DNA of 64,000 bases from Octopus sinensis (taxonomy: Eukaryota). A model generated the notes under the pieces. The model made no database searches, had not been told where the DNA came from, and saw only the letters and a program-made list of their open reading frames with translations. The stretch is from positions 2,046,001 to 2,110,000 of the forward strand of contig NC_043010.1 of NCBI RefSeq assembly GCF_006345805.1, given 5' to 3'. How positions within the stretch are numbered: position 1 is the stretch's first letter; every line of letters starts with the position of its first letter. Shown in pieces: positions 1 to 12,900 of this stretch. The position numbers and the translations under genes are program-made.

Positions 1-70
1 AAATTGTCAGAAGCTGCTGAGAAAGCTAGCCATTAGATTTATCTCAAGGGGGAAGATGAGTGTTTCAGCA
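1..70 (+). mobile_element. Possible C-terminal remnant of a restriction-endonuclease-type (HERO-like) LINE ORF
   Basis: Frame +1 reads KLSEAAEKASH*IYLKGEDECF, resembling the AEKAS-x-W-(L/I)W-(L/I)-(K/R)R terminus I recall for HERO-type LINEs. Short and decayed. Confidence 0.3.
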
Positions 71-754
71 AGAACAAGCATTGAGAATGGTAGAAACATC
101 TGGCCCAGAGTCACAACATCTGACTCAACAAAGCTCATGCTGTTGTGTGAGAATTTTGCCACCTACATCGGTAGGTGGCCTCAGGCAGCTCTGATGTTGT
201 GGTGGATGAGGTCAAAACACCAACAGAGCTTTTTCACCACCTGATGGAATATCATCTCCTGCATTCAGAGACAGAACACAGCAGCACCCCCAGTACATAA
301 GTGTTAACCCCAATAAAACATCCTCTTCCAAGATCTTTTCTGCCACTTTGGCAACATTCTTTTGCTTTCTAGTGGGCACCAATCCTGTTGTAGGGTATGG
401 ATGTAAAGGTTTATGTTTTATGACAGGCTGGTCATTCACCTGGAGACTAAAGAACAGTAATATACTACTAGAGGAGCAGAAAAGATGTTGGAAAAATATG
501 TGGTTATGATAGAAGAATGGTTCAGCCAGTCTTGAGAATGTCACAGTTTTACCATTGTAGCATCTGTTATTGGCCACTTTTTAATCAAGCAGTGCAACAC
601 AGTTTCCTTAGCAAACAATATTGATTAAATGCTTATTGAATCAGTCCAGGTCGTCTTAAAATATTTATAATTGTTATTATTGCGCTTGTCACAATAAGTA
701 TTTGAGTGTTTCACAGTTAACCAATTAACTAAGGAACACAGTCTTAGACATAAG

Positions 755-1000
755 CAAAATATTTAATATGATGGAACAAGTTTTAGGTGTTATGCTGCCA
801 ACAAGCTTCACTATGGGACAAAGTCAAAGATATCACCAAAATATTTAACATAATGAAACAAGTGAGTATGATATGATTTCAACAAATTTAACTATGGAAC
901 ACAATGAAAGACATAATCAAAATATTTAACATAATGAAACAAGTCTACATTTTTAGGCTTTGAACAGATTTAACTATGGAATAAAATCAAAGATATTATT
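755..1000 (+). repeat. Degenerate minisatellite, about 3 x 81-82 bp
   Basis: CAAAATATTTAA recurs at 755, 837 and 918, each followed by similar GAAACAAGT/GGAACAAGT and ACTATGG blocks. Confidence 0.75.
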
Positions 1001-1034
1001 GAAGTCTTTAAAACATAATGACACAATGTTAAGA

Positions 1035-1420
1035 TCTCTCTATATATAAACGGCAGTTTGTCTGTGCGTGTTTCTGTGTGTCTGTTTGCTTGTACCCTCA
1101 CCCTGACCACGGCTTTCAACCGATTCTGATGAAACTTGACACACACATAGCCCAATGTCATAATTCAAAACTAACGCAGCGAAAATTTTGAAAAGTTTCC
1201 CCAGTTCTGAAAAAAATCGATAAATTCGACATGGGGTCGAGAATCAGAAACACGAACCACAAACTGTCTAGGGGACGCAACTCCATCCTTTTTTAACTCT
1301 CAAAAAAAGATTTACCATCATTTTTTTCCATTTTTTTGCTATTTTTTGGTTATAACTCTCTAAAAATGCTTTATAGTTATTTCCCTTACAAACCTGAGCA
1401 ACGCCGGGCGATACTGCTAG
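1035..1420 (+). mobile_element. Non-autonomous Helitron, copy 1
   Basis: A|TC 5' end, GTCTGT-type repeats, a GC-rich subterminal segment (GCAACGCCGGGCGATACTGC) and CTAG|T 3' end; no TSD. Near-identical to 33803-34188. Confidence 0.85.
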
Positions 1421-1575
1421 TAGTCTATAAATTTATGCATCACTATAGAAAGAACATACACATAAAGTACAATTTCTATGGCTAATAGATATCGTTATGG
1501 CAAGCCAATGATAGAGCTTTTGTATGTCTGCTCCATCTGCTTGAAATAGCAGTTAAATCTTCCTCAAATATATAC

Positions 1576-1808
1576 CTATTTCTTTACTACCCACAAGGGG
1601 CTAAACACAGATGGGACAAACAAGAACAGACAAACGGGTTAAGTCAATTACATCGAACCCAGTGCATAACTGGTACTTAATTTATCGATCCCGAAAGGAT
1701 GAAAGGCAAAGTCGACCTCGGCGGAATTTGAACTCAGAATGTAACGGCAGACGAAATACGGCTACGCATTTCACCCGGTGTGCTAACGTTTCTACCAGCT
1801 CGCTGCCT
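1576..1808 (-). mobile_element. tRNA-derived SINE family B (central GACTTTGCCTTTCATCCTTTCGGGGTCGATAAA domain), full length
   Basis: Shares head, box B-like GTTCAAATTCC, central domain and tail with the copy at 17700-17923. Partial copies lie at about 13920-14260, 17037-17230, 22735-22935, 44085-44230, 45850-46000 and 58060-58260. Confidence 0.85.
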
Positions 1809-2157
1809 TCCCTCAAATATATCCCCTTCTGTATTCAATAATAGGACACCCAGAATAATACAGTCTTAAGTGTCTGAAAAATTTAAGATGATCAGGTTCA
1901 GAAGACCTTTGATCATAGGTCACTTCAAGCATGGCTGACCTGTGGTTAAACAAACACAGCAATAGAGATTACGTAAACAGTTCATAGCTGCAGTCTGTTT
2001 GGTGGTTTGTAGGTGTGTGGGGAGGGATCCATGTAATACAAGAGCTTGTAGCCCTGGGTTCAACTAAAACCTATGAACTCTGAAACCAAGGTCATAAGAA
2101 ATGGACTATTCCATATATCTTTGCCTATGTTGTACGAGGAAGAGGGAGAGACAGAGG

Positions 2158-2188
<31 letters not shown>

Positions 2189-2199
2189 CTACTTCTGCC

Positions 2200-2350
2200 T
2201 AACCAGATAGAAGTGGGAGCTAAATCCTCCTTCAAATCATACACATTTAAAAAAGGACACATTGGAAAAATGTGGTCCTAGATGCACAAAACAATGAATC
2301 AGTCATAACTGGAACACATTTGATTATAGACCTGCTCAATCATAGGTCAC
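2200..2350 (+). mobile_element. Dispersed short repeat family E
   Basis: AAATCCTCCTTCAAATCA...AAAAAGGACACATTGGA...GTCCTAGAT recurs in diverged form at about 11470-11620, 35220-35330, 45560-45720(-), 50770-50960 and 54250-54310. Confidence 0.55.
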
Positions 2351-3079
2351 TTGAGAAAAGGTTATCAATAACAGCCACAACAGCAATATCTATGAATTAT
2401 CTGGGTCATTTGTTTGTCCTTAATTTAGCAACTGGCTGGTCTATATAGCTGGCTGCTTTACAGAAATGGCTAGTCACTAAAATTTATTGTTAATATTAAT
2501 CACACATTTTCAATATTATTGAGCTGAAGGTCATCGACATGAAATCTTTAAAGAGTTAATTTCTTATTTCTTTTTTTTTTGTTTGTTTTTGTTTATCTTA
2601 TTCACTCCATGATTCTTACAAATGATTAATCAGTCAACCGTGAAGAAGGGAATGGTAGTAGGAGGACTTCTATTTTGTTTCCAATCAGTTAGACAAGGCA
2701 GAACTATGGTGTAAAGTTCCTTTTGCCTACAGGCGCAATTACTCGGTTATATTCTGTAGATGAGATTTCGTGATGTCACCGATGTTAATTAAAGCTGAAC
2801 TTCCATATAAATATTCTGCTGGAAAAGTGATTCTGGCATTTGGTCCCAAAAGGCTTAGCTTTAATGCTGCTCCATCATGTGACCTCTTCAATATTATTGG
2901 CTTGATTTATGAGAAGTAAATAATTCATTTAGAAGGGCTGCAGTGGGAGGTAGAGTTTGAGAGGAGGCTGGGTTTAGTGGGGTGTGGGTGGCAGGGTGGG
3001 GTCTGGATTAGGAAGAAATGTGACAAAGATGTCAATATATTTATTAACTAGTAATATCTCATGGGAAATTTCTGTCAGC

Positions 3080-3990
3080 AATATATATATGTATGTATGT
3101 ATGTATTTGTATATATATATATATGTATGTATCTATTTGTATATATATATATATATATATATGTATTTGTGTATACATATATATATATATATGTATGTAT
3201 GTATTTGTGTATATATATGTATGTATTTGTGCCTATATATATGTGTATGTACATATATTTCTGTGTGTGTGTGTATGTGTGTTTGTATGTATATATGTGC
3301 ATGTGTAACTGTGCATGTGTGTGTCTGTGTGTATGTACATATGTATGTGTGTATGTATATATACATATTTGTATGTATATATAGATATATATTTCTTGTG
3401 AGTGTGTTCAAATATATGTATGTATTGGTGTGGTATTCATATGTGTGTTCATGTGCATACTTCTGCAAGTATGCCATCTCACATTAACACACACACACAC
3501 ACACGCACACACACACACACATACATTCATACAGAGAAAAATTATGTATGCTTGTATTTATACGTACACTGATATATGAATGTGTATGTGTAAAAGTATA
3601 GAAGTATGTCCTCACATATACTATACACAGCTGCAGACTCATACATATATACACACAAATAACCACAGGCACACACACACACACACACACACACACATTA
3701 AAATCAACAATTCACTTTCGTAGTACAAGGATAATAAAACTACATTGAATTGAATTAAGTAAATCTCACACACACACACACACACATCATACAACATCTG
3801 CAAAACACGTGTACACACACATGCAAACATGCAAGGACACACTAACAAATACACACACACACACATATATACATACATACACACACACATGCGCACATGT
3901 ACACATACATTACAGGCTAACACCTGAAGACTGCCCTGCTCATACACACAGATATGCACCTGCATAGACATAAACTCACCCACACATAGA
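3080..3990. repeat. (TA/TG)n and (CA)n compound microsatellites
   Basis: Directly visible; source of the YI/CV/TH ORFs in the track. Confidence 0.95.
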
Positions 3991-4031
3991 TCCATACACA
4001 TTCACTCATATATATTTATCAAAATAAAAAC

Positions 4032-4300
4032 ATGATGCAAAGGATTTAGCGGTACATATGTTTCTGGCTTTTATTAGACAGTTTATAACAATGCATAATG
4101 TTTTGGTGCCTCGCTCTGTCGTACGCGACTATGAGGATTTGCATCCCCAACGTAAAACTTATAATGTAATACATGTCCTTGAAGTAGTAATTGTACACGG
4201 CTGAAGAAGGCTATAGACACACATTTACATCAATTATGCATTGTTATAAACTGTCTAATAAAGGCCCGAAACATATGTACCGCTAAATCCTTTGCATCAT
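4032..4300. repeat. Inverted repeat, 68-bp arms (66/68 identical) with a 133-bp spacer; Penelope pseudo-LTR-like
   Basis: 4032-4099 is the reverse complement of 4233-4300 with two mismatches. Confidence 0.9.
4198..4282 (+). ncRNA. Minimal type I hammerhead ribozyme-like motif
   Basis: Stem I CGG/CCG, CUGAAGA at 4201-4207, stem II GGCU/GGCC, GAAA at 4268-4271, palindromic stem III ACAUAUGU, and cleavage triplet GUA ending at 4279. Confidence 0.55.
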
Positions 4301-4313
4301 CCTTCTTCTTCTG

Positions 4314-4931
<618 letters not shown>

Positions 4932-5142
4932 AAGCGATTAGAGCCAGTGCCTAGTGTCATCACTATTAGGTTATGATATTGGTATGACACCACTGATGGT
5001 GATGTAGTGATAAAGCTGATGGTAACTATATAATAGTGATGATGGTGGTGGTGATGATGATAAGAATTATATGATTATGTGAATGCCTGCATGCAAGTAT
5101 GTGTGTGTGAGAGGTACTGGCATAGTATATGAAGTTTGTGTA

Positions 5143-5185
<43 letters not shown>

Positions 5186-6079
5186 ATGCGCTCTAGAAAA
5201 TAAAAAGTATACTGCTGAAATTATCTGACAAAAAATTGAGCAAATCTACAAATTTTAATGATTTATGCTTCATTGAAAAACAAATTTATTGAAATTTTAA
5301 AATTGTATTTTTACTTAGCTTTAGTGAGTAAGTTAGTAAGGAGAAAAAAACAATATGGGGGGAGGAGGAGGAGGAGAAGAAGAAGAAGAAGAAGAAGAAA
5401 GCAAGCAGAGATGCAGAGATGCAGAGATAACTGCAATAGCATCTTTATATATATACAGCTTTATATTGAAGATAGTTAGTTATTGAGACATTGAAAGCAT
5501 CAAGCTATGAAAACCATATGGTAGAGTTAGTCACTTGGTTAATTTAGATAGTGCATAAGAAAGAGTTTATCCCCACAGACTGATATAGCTGCGTCATCAC
5601 CAACTAGAAGACTAAAAGAGTATCAGAGCACAGGAGACACACTGAAGAGAGAAAGCAATTACAGAGGTCTAAGTTAGTCTCAGAAGAAGCTGAGAGGGTT
5701 TTAGAGCAAATGAAATTACTTTAGAATTGGGTTAAAATTCAGGGGAAAAAAATAGAAATTGGTAATAGAGTGTTAGTGATAATTAGTCTATAGTTGAATT
5801 TGATTAATTCAGAGTTTCAATTTTTCTTGTCCTTTGTCTAAGAGTAAAGACCAGAGAAAAAGTTCAGAATAGATTTAGTTTTGGGGTTTGTGCCAGAAGG
5901 ATGTGTAATTATAGATGACATATCTCTAGTTAGGCAATTGCTAAAAAGGTTATTAACTAAGAATTGCTAATGTAACATAAAAACCTTGACCAACAGATAA
6001 ACTTCCAGCAGATAAATGACCGAGAGCCAACTTTGACCGATAGCTTTATCTTGGTTTTACAGTGGGTTTCAAAAGTATT

Positions 6080-6589
6080 CCAGTATTGCTCTGTCAAATG
6101 TTAGGCTCACTCATTCACACTGTTTTGAACTAAGCATGCATCATCGCATAGCTTTGAGATTCTGATGATGTAATTGTATATTTTTGTTTAAATAACAGAA
6201 TGAACCCAGAACTAAATACCTTAATCACATAGCCATACTTGTGCTCATGGATATGCTTATGACCAGATATTATAACCTCATAGTTTTGAGTTCAAACCAA
6301 ATACTGGCATTTTATTGAATACTTGAGCAATACAATTAATTCTCAGTGTCACATACAAATTAACACTGGAAATAGCTAAGCCACATATCTTGTCTCTTGT
6401 AATAGGAGAAGGTCAGTTATCTCTTGTATCCATCTAAAGTGATGAACACCAGAACTAAACACTGACCCTTCTCTGGTCAGTTTCATTATATTGTTATTTA
6501 GGTAGGTGTGAGAGGCTGGATCTGACCAGTTTGGACATGAAAGAGGTAGAATATTTAGGTCTGATAAGTTTGGTTTAAATGCTAAAGGG
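6080..6589 (+). mobile_element. piggyBac-type MITE split by a 300-bp insertion (6196-6495)
   Basis: The left part (6080-6185) and right part (6499-6589, ending AATGCTAAAGGG) match the family at 57371-57548 and 35610-35800. Confidence 0.7.
6196..6495 (+). repeat. Exact 300-bp duplicate of 10689-11036 (minus a 49-nt insert)
   Basis: Identical by eye to 10689-10812 plus 10862-11036, apart from a single T standing in place of the insert. Confidence 0.92.
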
Positions 6590-7779
6590 TTCATAAAAAC
6601 ATTACCTTTTTCATAATTAACTGGTGCTTGGAGCACATCAAAAACACTTTACATTAAATTATGATGAAATGTTTTAAATTAAAATATGAATATATTAAAA
6701 TAAGAGAATTTATATGATACAGTCAGCTAGAGGCAGTTTCAGGTAAGTAGGTTCTCAGAAAATGTTAAGACAGTAGAGTAGGAAGTGATTTGATTGGTTG
6801 TTGGTTTAGAAGTACTGAACAGGTGTAGTGTTATAGTCTGTGTGGATAACGTTTGTGTGGAAAACATATATAGAAGAAATACTCTGAACATTTAATAGCT
6901 AAGTGTCCCTTTTTCACTGAACAGTGTTTTTAAATGCCCCCAACACCATGTTTTGAAAAACAAAACAGAAAAAATAATGCCGATTCTATCAATGAAATAA
7001 CAGCTAATTTGGAGCAATGGCTTTGTAATCCATGTTGTTTCGAAGGTGAAAAGTAAAGTCAACCATTTCTAAATATGCACACACACGTGCGTGTACACAC
7101 ACACACACACACACACGATGATAGATAGATTGTAGATTCACAATGAAGTAAATTGCAATTAAATGAAGAGGGCACTCAATAATAAATGCATCTTCTCCTG
7201 ATTTCTGATCAGTTGGATGCATTCAACACTAAGCTTTAAGTCATGTGGAGCTGAATAAAACTTATTAATATATATATTTATATATTGTTGACAGCATAAG
7301 AACTTGGAAACTTTGAGGAGAGAGGCCATCCATACATACAGGCATATTCTTTATAGCCATAACTCTGCAACCCCAATTCTTCTCTCAGCTGAGAGGTCCT
7401 TGTCTTGTGAGCTCACGAGTGCTGTTGCCTTGTAAAAAGTGCCGTTTTACGTGTTACACCAAAGCACCTGTGTTGGTGACACATAAAAGGCACCTGTACT
7501 GGTGTCATGTAACAGCCCTGGTGCTGGTCCCATATAAAATGCACCTGGTATACTCTGTGGAGTGGTTGGTGTTAGGAAGGGCATCCAGCCATAGAAACTA
7601 TGCCAGGACAGGCAGTTGAAGCCTGGTGCAGCTCTCTGGATGGGAAACGATCAAACGGTCCAATCCTTGCCAGCATTGGAAACAGATGTTCAATGATGAT
7701 AAGGAAGTCAATGATTAGCAAGTGATGTTCATTATCAACTGGAATTATTCATTGTTGAAACCAACGGAGATGCATTTGT

Positions 7780-8210
7780 TATACTTACATATACATACAT
7801 ACATGTGTGTGTGTATGTGTGCATGTGTATATGAGCGTATGTATATGCGTGTGCATGTATGTATATGTGTATGTGCATATACATATGTATGTATAGGTAT
7901 ATATGTGTGTGTGTATGCATTGAAACTTTTTCTGTCTTCTATATCACACACACACACATATACACACACATACACACATGAAAATATAGATGCATGTATA
8001 TGATGCATTGACATTCTATAATATGTGTGTGTGTGTGAATATGTATGTATGTGTATGCATAGGTATATACATATGTGTGTGTGTGTGTATGCATGCATTA
8101 AAACTTTTTCTATCTTCTATATCACACACACACAGACACACAAACAAACACACACACACACACATGAAAGTGTAGACGCATGTATACGATGCATTGACAT
8201 TGTATAATAT
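7780..8210 (+). repeat. Tandem duplication, ~178-bp period, built on microsatellite
   Basis: GCATT(G/A)AAACTTTTTCT occurs at 7917 and 8095, and ATGCATTGACATT is repeated twice. Confidence 0.8.
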
Positions 8211-8529
8211 TAGCCACCCTGGAAGCCGAAGCAGGGTGGAAACTTCTCCTTACATGCTATACGGCTGAAACTGTATTGAGTGAGCCTGGCACATAGGAAA
8301 TATCAAACTGCTGATTGACCTTAGTGGAGACAAAGTGTCCACCAATAGGGTATTAATATCACAGCAGGCGATGAATTTGTGCATCCATCAAGTGTGATTG
8401 AGGCGAAAGCTATCCAGACATCGCAGCATCTGTAAGCGCTGTTATGCAGGCTGATGGAGAGAGGGAGAGAGAGAGAGAGAGAGAAATTGTGTGTGTGTGT
8501 AAGTTAATGAAGCTGCCTTTGCTGTTGGA

Positions 8530-9335
8530 CACAAACACACATACACAAAAACACATGCAGATGCACACACACAAAACACATGCATATGCACACACACACA
8601 CACACACACACAAAACACATACACATGCATACACACACACACACAAAACACATGCATATGCACACACACAAACACACACAAAACACACACACATACAAAA
8701 CACATGCATATGCACACACACAAACACACACAAAACACACACACATACAAAACACATGCATATGCACACACACAAACACACACAAAACACACACACATAC
8801 AAAACACATACATATGCACACACACAAAACACATACATATGCACACACACACACAACACACACACACACACACACAACACACATGCATATGCACACACAC
8901 ACAAAACACATACATATGCACACACACACACACACACCACACACACACACACACACAAAAACATACATATGCACACACACAACACACACAAAACACACAC
9001 ACAACACACACACACAAAACACACACAAAACACATACATATGCACACACACAAAACACATACATATGCACACACACGCAAAACACACACACACACACAAA
9101 ACACACATGCATATGCACACACACAAAACACATACATATGCACACACACACACGCACACACACACACACAAAACACATACATATGCACACACACAAACAC
9201 ACACAAAACACACACACACACAAAACACATACATATGCACACACACAAAACACATACATATGCACACACACGCAAAACACACACACACACACAAAACACA
9301 CATGCATATGCACATACAAATACACACACACGCAA
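8530..9335. repeat. ~800-bp CA-rich compound minisatellite (CACAAAACACAT(A/G)CATATGCACACACA units)
   Basis: Directly visible; source of the 200-390 aa H/T and C/V ORFs. Confidence 0.95.
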
Positions 9336-9655
9336 TGTAGTCCCTATCATATCTTAATTCATCAGAGAAGCACAGTTGAAGGCTGTGCTTTGTTACATCC
9401 TTTTATGTCATTATCACACTTACATTATAGGCTCATGAATGCAAGTATGTATATGCATACACACACATACACACACACGCACAAACACACACACACGCAC
9501 ATAGACTTACACATAGACTTACACAAGTATTCATGTATGTGTATGAGTATCTATAGATACCTATATGTGTGTGTTTATAAATATCTTTTTTTAGCGGGCA
9601 AGTCTTTTCAAGAAATTTCTCTAAGACAAAAGAATATGGCCACTGTCATTCTACA

Positions 9656-9696
<41 letters not shown>

Positions 9697-9944
9697 ATGT
9701 ATATCCAAATTTAGGAAATGGAGCAGGTAAAATCCAGGCTACATATGTTTCCTAGCTAGCAGAACCTCAGAAGTAATAATTACTCGATAAGGGGTACCCT
9801 GCTAGCTGCTCATTAGGCTGAAGTTAGATGGATAAATGAAAGTTACTTTGCCAGCAAGGGATCCCCAGACTGCTTGAAGCTTATTAAGTTCCTACACCTG
9901 GATTCTATAATTACATATCATTATATAATACACATCATTATGAC

Positions 9945-9999
<55 letters not shown>

Positions 10000-12900
10000 C
10001 ATACACGCACACATGGAGGAATTGATATTAAAATGGTACAATACACAGTCTCTCTCTTCATTTCTCTCTTTCACACACACACACTCACACAGACACACAC
10101 ACACACACTCACACAGACACACACACACACACACACACACACACGCGTATACAATAGACCAGTCCCTCTAGCAGAGATGGCTTCTGTAAAACATTCTGCA
10201 AGGTGAACAAAGTTGTTTTCAGAGGAAAAGAGGCTATGAGTTTCTCCACACACACACTGACATTTTTGAGAGAGAAGACTCTGTCATCAAATATTCACAG
10301 GCCCTTCCTTTGTTCTTCAGATCCTAGACTGATGAACCAACCAACCAACCAACCAACCAACCAACCAGGTAATCTCTCTTTCACCCCTACCTCTTATAAG
10401 TCTTGACCATTGTGAGATGTTAAAAAGACCAAGTTGTAATGGTCAAGTATATTTCACTTCAGAATTGATGAAGGGCAATGAATGCTCAAAATATTAACTT
10501 TCTTCCTTCTACCACAGTGGCAAACTGATGGTAATAAATCTGGTGAGAGATTAAGCCTGCTCTCTTTGAACATAAACATTTTCTATCCTGACATGTTCTC
10601 ACCCAGACAAGCTTCCACACAGTTTTCCATCTGCCAAACCTCAACTTGAGACTACATCAAATGACACTTGCCCAAGTTGCCTTACTGTCAGAATGAACCC
10701 AGAACTAAATACCTTAATCACATAGCCATACTTGTGCTCATGGATATGCTTATGACCAGATATTATAACCTCATAGTTTTGAGTTCAAACCAAATACTGG
10801 CATTTTATTGAAAACCCATGCTAGCATGGAAAGCGGACGTTAAATGATGATGATGATGATGACTTGAGCAATACAATTAATTCTCAGTGTCACATACAAA
10901 TTAACACTGGAAATAGCTAAGCCACATATCTTGTCTCTTGTAATAGGAGAAGGTCAGTTATCTCTTGTATCCATCTAAAGTGATGAACACCAGAACTAAA
11001 CACTGACCCTTCTCTGGTCAGTTTCATTATATTGTTTTAAATAAGATGGGTCATTTCCCACTGGCCAGTTCATCTAGGATCTGGTTTCATTTCCACTTGA
11101 AGCTAATTCTCTTTTTTTATTTTGGTAATGTCCTACCAAGAAGATGTGAATGTCTTTCCAGGATCTGAGGACATGCACTTTTATCAGAAATCAAATTAGG
11201 GGCCAAACTGGAAACTCCTTTGTAATTATTTGACCTACTAGAAATAGGAGCTAAATACCTCACAGACCACACTAGAGTGTGGTCTGTGAGTCATTGAAGA
11301 GAAAGAGAAAAACATATTGAGTAGATTAAGTCTGAATGAAAGTTGAGATTATCATGATTGGAATGTCTGCTTAATCAATAAAATTAAAATCCTCAACCTG
11401 GTTAAACACATACAAACAAAACCATAAAAAGAGCTAGTGAGGGAGCTTCTACATGGGCACAAAATTTGCTAGAAATATCAGTTGAATCAGATTATACAAC
11501 AATTTTAAGCACCCCCCCCCCAAAAAAAAAAACCCCAAATACTATGCATTCAATATGTTATGTCAGACAAAAAGAAGGGTTGGTTATGGTTTGAAAATAG
11601 TTGATCTTAGGTCTGCTTAAACAGCAACATGGTTTAAATTTTTTAAGTCCTTAACTTGGTTTTAGGCAGTTCACGATATTTACATTGCCAGTGCACTTTG
11701 AAATGGTCTGGTTCACCTAGAATCTCAATTCTCCTACATCTATCCACTTTATAAGGACTCCTTAGAAAGTGGCTCCACCTAGTAAGAAATTTTTAACCTA
11801 AGTAGGAAATGCTTAGAGATCTCTTAAAAGCAAATGGTTCCATCCACCTTACAATAAGCCATTTAGCTTAGCCTAAGAAATGTGTAGGAGCAGGGCTGTG
11901 CTGTCTTCAGACATGAGTATACCAAACAGTTGTTCAGGATCTTCACCCTGCCCACCAGAAGTACTCTATGTCTGTTAGGACCTGCTGTCAATAAACAAAC
12001 AAATGAATACTATAGGTTCCCACTGGATGTCTTTGCATAGGGAGGTGTCGCAATCATGTTAAGATGGCCTTGGCGTAGAGTTATTTGTGTGAGTGGCTTA
12101 AAGGAAATAGTAGAAAATTAGAGCTGACAAAGAAGAATTTCTTAAAGTATGCGATTAGTGTTTTGGCAGGAATATATTCTGGTGAGTGAGTAAATGGTAA
12201 GAGATCCATGGAATGAAGGAAAATTTTCATTTGGAATTCAAACTCTCACACCCATACACATGCACGCACACACACACACACTCATGCATATACACACTCA
12301 CACACAGACACAAGCATATGCGGTCATTCACTTTTTACACACACATGCGCATTTGCAACGCTTCATGCACGCACGTAAAGGTAAGCGGATGAGTGGGGAG
12401 ATGAATATTAGTACACAAGTTGCACTGAATAGTTTCAGCTAGAGTTAAGAGTACAAAGTACAAATTAACAAGTACAGAATAAAGTAGAATCCATTGTAGC
12501 AGTTGTTAAAAAGGGGGGAAAAAGATAAAAGCATAAAGTATTAACCGGGAACCAAGATCTGAATATGTTCTGTTCAAAAAAAAAAAAAAAATGGTCCGTT
12601 GATCAGGATAATATACTCGTTTTTTTAGTGTGTTTTTGTGGGGTTTTTTCTCTTTTTTTTTGTTAACTTTTTTGTTCTCCATTTTTGTTGATTTTTTTTT
12701 TGTTTTTTTTTTCTTTGCCTTTTCTTTTGGAATTCACTTCTAATCTTTCATCAGTGAAATGGGGAGCAAAAACATCTGATAAAAAGTCTGCTACCAGACT
12801 GGAATTTTATCAAACACTTATGTTTGTATTTCAAAGTCAATTGCTTTTGCTACCACTGCTGCTGCTGCTGCTGTTATTGTTGTTGCTGTTACTGTTGTTG

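Noticed and set aside
212-577. 121-aa minus-strand ORF
   Set aside because: No recognisable domain and a non-ATG start; probably retroelement-derived sequence.
2984-4001. YI/CV-rich ORFs
   Set aside because: Dinucleotide microsatellite artefacts.
8410-9755. Overlapping 200-390 aa ORFs rich in H/T or C/V
   Set aside because: They are translations of a CA/TG minisatellite, open in most frames on both strands, with no domain content.
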